NCBI GenBank assembly: GCA_964016885.1
Contig: OZ024742.1
Location: 110,298,001 to 110,362,000 of the forward strand
Direction of reading: 5' to 3'
DNA: 64,000 nucleotides
Origin: Eledone cirrhosa
Taxonomy: Eukaryota
Positions 57,576 to 64,000 of this stretch are shown piece by piece. Within the stretch, counting starts at the first letter, position 1. Every line of letters begins with the position of its first letter. A program made the translations under genes and the position numbers. The notes beneath the pieces were generated by a model, which saw nothing but the letters and a program-made list of their open reading frames with translations, did not search any database and had not been told where the DNA came from.

Positions 57576-58264
57576 TGGTGTAGTGGTAGTGGTGGTGTCG
57601 TTGGAGATGATGAGGGTGGTGGTGGTGGTGGAGGTTGTGATGGTGATGTGGTGGCAGTGGTAGTGTCGGTGGGGATGTAATTGTTTGCAGGGAGTGTTGA
57701 CGTTGTTGTTGGTGGTGTTGTTTACGTTATTGTTGTTGTCGGCAACGTTGTTGGTGTCGTTGTTGACGTCGTTGTTGTAGTTGTTATTGGTGGTAGTGGT
57801 GGTGGTGGTGGTGGAGGTAAATGTGTTTTTTGCTGTTGGTATTGTCATTGTCGTTCGTCATATTGTCGCTGTTGTTGGTGTTAGTAGGAGTTGTTATTTC
57901 TGTTGTCAACGTTGTTGCTGTGTTTAATGTGTCTTAATATCCGGAGAATTGGACGACAGAATATACGGTAGAAAATGTAGAGTAACAATTAAAAGCAAAT
58001 GGAAATGACCATGTAACGCCTCTTTATTAGCTATCCACAGGATATCATCCTGCTCGATAGAAACATGCAGAATACTTTCCGGGGAACTTTTTGTTTACAC
58101 ACACACAGACACAAACACAGAGTTACACACACGCACACACACATATATAAAAGGTAAAGACCCCCTTCGGCCAGGCATGACCAAGCCCAGGCAATGTGTT
58201 TTGTGGAAGACTAGCAGTCGCCCATGCATACCAGTATCCCCTCTCCACGCAGCCGATGTTATCG

Positions 58265-58735
58265 AAGGTTTCTTCTTATTTGCTCACTTATTCCTGAGAG
58301 GGTCGTATGGGGTAGAGTCCATTAACACGTCTTCCAACGGGTCATGTTAGAAGCAGCTGTCTACAATTGATCTGGCTGAATTCCCAAGCGAGACGAGCCG
58401 AGCTTATGGATGTTAACCGACCATCTTGCTCAGGATGTATCTCTGGGTCACCCGCAGACTAGTTTTGGCAGTAAAATATGTTCGTAGTATCAGACATATT
58501 TTATTCTCCGATCTCCAAGGTATGCACTCTACCGAGTAACGTTAATCTAAAGACCCTACAGAGGAACCCCATTTCGGCAGCCTGTATTCGCGATTGTATT
58601 CTCTTGGTCATTATCCAAGATTCATGATCATAGGTAAGAGTTGGCACGAATATCGAATCGAAGATAGCGATTTTAGCGTTTTCACATACCACCCTCAATC
58701 TGATTATTGAATGCTGAAGCTGACGCATTACTGAA
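58265..58735 (-). mobile_element. RTE-clade LINE 3' fragment
   Basis: ORF 58501-58830 contains KIAIFDSIFVPTLTYDHESW...RIQAAEMGFLCRV, typical of the RTE thumb. Its N-terminus runs into an adjacent SINE (58740-58875). Confidence 0.8.
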
Positions 58736-59404
58736 CCAGTATGTACAGAAGCGTTAGAACGTCGGGTGAAATGCCTTGCGGAATTAATTCTAGTACCTTG
58801 AGATTTGAGTTCAAATCCATTTGAAGTCAACTTTGCCTTTAATCCTTTCAGGGTCTAAAACTAAACCACCAGTCTAAAGTGATGGACTGATGCCACCATT
58901 AGAACATTGGACGCCATGCCTTGGAATATATGTTCGGGCTCTTAGCGTTTCAAGTTCAAGTTTCATCGTGGTCAACTTGGGTTGGATGTTTAATCGGTCG
59001 CGCGGGTTAACTTCTCCACCTGACCCTTGAGTGCTTTTGACGGAGTCCGCCCTGCTGTAAGCACTCAGGTGACGTTACCGGTTAGAGGAAAATTCCCCTT
59101 ACATTGTCTTTAATTCTGAAGATTCTGAAAAAGAGACCTGGGCAATGTCTTTCCCTCCATGACTAAATAACAAACAGCATCAGAATGAACAATTCCCAAT
59201 AATTACGACTTATACCAGTTACCTTCTTTTCCCTCTACATTTTTAAAGTATAGATATTTGCATTATAAACCATGATATTCTTGTTTAGTAACCCTGAAGG
59301 GAGGTAATTTTCTAAGTTGAACTCGTAATGATTTGAACTCACATCTGTAAGGTGTCAATTTGATTCCAACGACGTATCAATTCAATACAGGCTTTATATT
59401 ATGG

Positions 59405-59655
59405 CTTCTTCTTCTTCTTCTTCTTCTTCTTCTTCTTCTTCTTCTTCTTCTTCTTCTTCTTCTTCTTCTTCTTCTTCTTCTTCTTCTTCTTCTTCTTCTT
59501 CTTCTTCTTCTTCTTCTTCTTCTTCTTCTTCTTCTTCTTCTTCTTCTTCTTCTTCTTCTTCTTCTTCTTCTTCTTCTTCTTCTTCTTCTTCTTCTTCTTC
59601 TTCTTCTTCTTCTTCTTCTTCTTCTTCTTCTTCTTCTTCTTCTTCTTCTTCTTCT
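59405..59655. repeat. Perfect (CTT)n microsatellite, ~83 units, followed by trinucleotide low-complexity DNA to ~60200
   Basis: Directly visible. Confidence 0.95.
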
Positions 59656-59888
59656 AATGATGATGATGATGCTAATGATGATGATGATGCTAATGATTAC
59701 AATTCTAATTGCTGCAGATTATTGATTATATTTACCTTCTTCTGCATCATCATCATCATCATCATCATCATCACCACCGCCGACACACCTCCCTCCACTA
59801 TCATCATCAGCATCATCATTGTCGACGTCCAGATTATTATCATCATCTGCACCACTACCACCACCACAACCACCACCACCACCACCAC

Positions 59889-59923
<35 letters not shown>

Positions 59924-60756
59924 CCATCCTCATCCTTCTTATTACCATCACTAGCACCGTTATCACCACCCTATCACTACCCCTGTCATCATCATCATCA
60001 TCAGCAGCAGCAGCATGATCCTCATCACTCCCCTACTACAACCACTGCCCATTCCACCCAACATCTTCCTATATTTCCATCTTCCTCACCTTCTCCTGCT
60101 TCTCACCCACTTTCTTTTCATTCTTCTACCTTTTCTTCCACCCCCAATGCTCCCCCCCCCTACCACCACCACCACCACCAGTACTTCTACCATTCCCTAA
60201 AGCCTCACATTTAAATGCTAAAGATGTTTTTAAACGCTTCTGTGATTTTTCAGCCAGCGAATCAATTAAGAGGAATCAATACATAATTTATTGGATACGA
60301 TTCATTGTGTGATAGGAAATATTCACTCCATTTCTAAGAGATAAGGTATTCATACACGAGTTGAACAATTGCGAAGCGCCTACACAACCTAACTTAATTG
60401 TTCAACTGATGGAACATACAATAAATACAAAGATAAAAAGATAAAAAATAAAACACGAACACCAACAAAAACCATAACGAAGCCATAACAAAAAAGACAA
60501 GATTGTGTTATAAGTGACGAGTTTTATTATTATATTATATAATTTTAGCAGATGATGGAATTATAAAGGTGACTTTATATATTTTTTCCATTATATTTAG
60601 TTGTTTTTTTTTAAATTACTTCTTCCATTTGATTTTACTATTTATCATAATGGTTTCAACAGTTGTAAACGTGTTTCTTTCTACTGCTTCTCTACCGAGT
60701 ACACATTGTGAGTTTGTCTCTGTGTGTTTGTGGTGTGTTTGTGGTGTGTGTTTGTG

Positions 60757-60882
<126 letters not shown>

Positions 60883-61658
60883 GCGCGCGCGTATGTGTGT
60901 ATAGCATTGTCTTATGGAGTGCAGAATTGTGTTTGTAAATACTGCATCAGATTTGCTATTGTTGTGAGATCTGCTTCGTGGTTTCTGGAGGCATTTTATT
61001 GTTGGGTAGAGTATATATTATGTTTGCATATACCGTAGCAGCTTGGCTTTGTTGTGGATTCATTTTAATGTTTCTCGTATTTTGTTGTATTTTGTCGTTT
61101 TGCTTTTGTGTAGAGTGTATTTGCCTTGTGTTATTTTCTTGGATGTTGTGTTTTCATACGTTTTGTATGGGTTTATGTTATATGTTTTAGTGTTGGGTGG
61201 TGATTGTGTTCAGTTTGTGCTGTTTAGGTTGTGTTAATATTGAATAGCTATTGTGTAGAATCTGAGTTATGCGTGTTGTTCGTGTTATAGTGCAAAATAT
61301 CGATTATGTTATAGTGTGTGTTGTATTATTTTATTGGATGGTGATTATGTCCAATATTTGTTGCGTGGTTCGTATTAGTTTGTCTGGTTGTAATTACTGA
61401 AAGGTTGTGTTGTGAGAGTTGTGATAGTTTGTATTGTGTCAGAGGACCAGTGTTCTGGACGCAAGGAATAGGTGTAGCGGTTAGTGTGGGCCCTGGGAGA
61501 GGAGGAGAGTAGTAGGTGACTAGATCTCAAGTGTTTGAGGGCAGGTGGTACGGGACCTATCAGTTCCGAGGAACAAAGGCCAAAATAATAGAAGTAGAAC
61601 ATGGAGAGAGATAGGGAGATAGAGAGATAGAGATAGATAGAGAGGTATATATATATAT

Positions 61659-61860
61659 AGGAAAGGAGTCATCAGGGCCCCGACGGCTGAGCTCCGGCTG
61701 TTTCGACAGCTAGATCCGAGCGTTGGATCTAGCTGTCGAAATGGCCGGAGCTCAGCTGCCGGGGTCCTAACTCTTTTCCTATTACCTACTCTACTACCCT
61801 AAGTATCGAGTACTCTGGTGCGTTATGGTCCACCTGGTCCCTAACCACACATCCATCGTT
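61659..61860 (+). mobile_element. Short fold-back, family E-related
   Basis: 61659-61718 pairs with ~61725-61780. The tail ctctactaccctaagtatcgagtactctggtgcgttatggtcc matches 63918-63960. Confidence 0.8.
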
Positions 61861-61907
61861 ATATATATATATATATATTTATATATATAAATAGATATAT
61901 ATATATA

Positions 61908-62586
61908 CGGAAAAAATGAAACGAAATTTCATTTCTCACTCTTAGTACGGGCTGTTACTTAAATATAAGTATGTATACGTACATACATATATGTATACAG
62001 ACGTACAGTAGTATGTATATATATATATACATACATGCACACATATATATATATATGTACGTATGGATTCACCGAACATTTATTATAATGCTCGGTGTGT
62101 TTGTAAACAAACATCCCGAATTAAGCCGTACAGTGTCTAGCAACCATCGTTGCTCGTTTGTTCAACCCTGACAAAGGAACGTTGTACTAGTTTCAAGCTT
62201 ATTAGCTATCGTCAGCAACGTATACTTCCTGCCAGATGGTTGAACGTCTGAAAGTATTTACTTTCCTTATGCATATTAACAGCTGAGCAGCCTAATTTGC
62301 ATATCGAGTGAGTTAATCGGCCGGGCGCACCGAAAACGATAAACGGAAAAAAATGAAACGAAATTTCATTCCTCACTCTTAGTACGGCTGTTACTTAAAT
62401 ATAAGTATGTATATGTACATACATATATGTATACAGACGTACAGTAGTATGTATATATATATATATTACATACATGCACACATATATATATGTACGTATG
62501 GATGAATCCATGTTTGTTTACAAACACACAGAGCATTATAATAAATGTTCGGTGAATCCATACGTACATATATATATGTGTGCATG

Positions 62587-62682
<96 letters not shown>

Positions 62683-62731
62683 CTACTGTACGACTGTATA
62701 CATATATGTATGTACGTATACATACTTATAT
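61908..62731 (-). mobile_element. Retrozyme-like family B, locus 3: ~1.35 head-to-tail units (period 436 bp) plus inverted arm
   Basis: 61908-62068 repeats from 62344. 62511-62731 is inverted. (TA)n flanks. Confidence 0.9.
62179..62221 (-). ncRNA. Minimal type I hammerhead ribozyme (family B)
   Basis: The - strand reads acgttg-CTGACGA-t-agct(aata)agct-t-GAA-actagt-A-caacgt. Stem I change is compensatory relative to 1498-1540. Confidence 0.88.
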
Positions 62732-62741
62732 TATATATATA

Positions 62742-63989
62742 TAGGAACAAGTATGACCCCGAGGGCAGAGCTCAAGCCGTTCCGACGGTTAATTCTGGAC
62801 TAAATAATAATTTTAGCCTGGTAAATAAATAGGCGAACTTCTCAGGGGTAATTCCATATATGGGAAGATAGTAATTGTCAAAAGAAGTTTGTTGTGAATA
62901 CAGATGATTCTATCATGGCATTTAGTGGGAGGTATGGGTAGCTGAACTTGCCGGCAGAACAAAGAGGGAGTGGGGAAAACCCAGTCAAGCGTTGAAAGTG
63001 AAATCTATACAGCAGATTCTAAGGATAGTGTATAGAAGGTCGAAAAAACTGTACTGGAGGGGGGGGGGGGCGTTGAAAGAATAGGTAAATTGAAAGGGAG
63101 TAAACAAAAAAGTCATTATAAAAATGAGGAAATAAATATATTAAAAAAAACAATTTCTCGTTACTACTCCATCCCCACAATCATCAAATCTCTCATTGGT
63201 ATTGCTAAGCTATAGAAAAGTTTAATAGGTGGAGAAAAATACTAAATACGAGATTGTAGTGAAAGAATTTTATAAAGCCATCTTTACAGGGGCTCTAACA
63301 CCACTGCTATAGTTATTAGTAATCAGCCAATGCTATCGCAGTGGTGTTAGACCCCCTGTAAAGATGGCTTTATAAAATTCTTTCACTACAATCTCGTATT
63401 TAGTATTTTCCTCCACCTATTAAACTTTTCTATAGCTTAGCAATACCAATGAGAGATTTGCTGATTGTGGGGATCGAGTAGTAACCAGAAATTGTTTTTT
63501 TTAATATATTTATTTCCTCATTTTTATAATGGCTTTTTTTTTACTCCCTTTCAATTTACCTATTCTTTCAAATCCCCTCCCCTTCTTCAGTACACTTCGA
63601 CCTTCTATACACTATCCTTAGAATCTGCTGTATAGATTTCACTTTCAACGCTTGACTGGGTTTTCCCCACTCCCTCTTTGTTCTACCGGCAAGTTCAGCT
63701 ACCCATACCTCCCACTAAATGCCATGATAGAATCATCTGTCTTGACAACAAACTTCTGACCAATCCTTTTGACAATTACTATCTTCCCATATATGGAATT
63801 ACCCCCTGAGAAGTTCGGCTATTTATTTACCAGGCTAAAAATACTTATTTAGTCCAGAATTAGCCGTCGAAACGGCTTGAGCTCTGCCGTCGGGGTCATA
63901 CTTGTTCCTATTACCCACTCTACTACCCTAAGTATTGAGTACTTTGGTGCGTTATGGTCCATCTGGTTCCTTACCACATTTCCTTCGTT
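62742..63989 (+). mobile_element. Large fold-back element family E (~570-bp arms)
   Basis: 62742-63307 pairs with 63338-63911 across a 30-nt loop. Unique tail to ~63989. (TA)n flanks. Confidence 0.9.
63801..63896 (+). ncRNA. Type I hammerhead-like motif with G8A core (family E)
   Basis: acccc-CTGAGAA-g..cggcta...tagccg.c-GAA-acggc(ttgagctct)gccgt-C-ggggt. All three stems and the GUC site are present; the core is CUGAGAA in both arms. Confidence 0.6.
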
Positions 63990-64000
63990 ATATATATATA

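Noticed and set aside
57177-57884. Hydrophobic membrane-protein-like ORFs
   Set aside because: Derived from (GTT)n/(GGT)n tandem repeats.
59360-60214. Poly-Ser/Leu/His/Gln ORFs
   Set aside because: Trinucleotide repeats open in several frames; no splice or domain evidence.

Overview
Eukaryotic, very AT-rich, microsatellite-saturated non-coding DNA with no recognisable host gene. The repeat content (dense (TA)n/(CA)n/(TACA)n tracts, many tRNA-derived SINEs) suggests a coleoid cephalopod such as Octopus; this is an inference. Most ORFs in the track are microsatellite artefacts. The real coding remnants are all transposons: a 5'-truncated Tx1/L1-clade element inside (TATC)n; a near-full-length R4/Dong-clade element and truncated relatives inside (CATA)n; a Neptune-like Penelope (PLE) RT+GIY-YIG fragment; a Naiad-like PLE RT fragment; and decayed RTE, I-clade, HERO-like and pogo pieces. 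The most interesting signal is non-coding. About ten fold-back (inverted-repeat) elements sit mostly in (TA)n tracts, and most carry type I hammerhead-ribozyme motifs from at least five unrelated families. One family (three loci) is an ORF-less 436-511 bp head-to-tail unit with one hammerhead per unit, compensatory stem I changes and variable ends. It is a candidate retrozyme-like, possibly circular-RNA, non-autonomous retroelement. A 4.2 kb CA-embedded minisatellite with an internal higher-order duplication is also present. All calls were made by eye; coordinates of degenerate elements are approximate.
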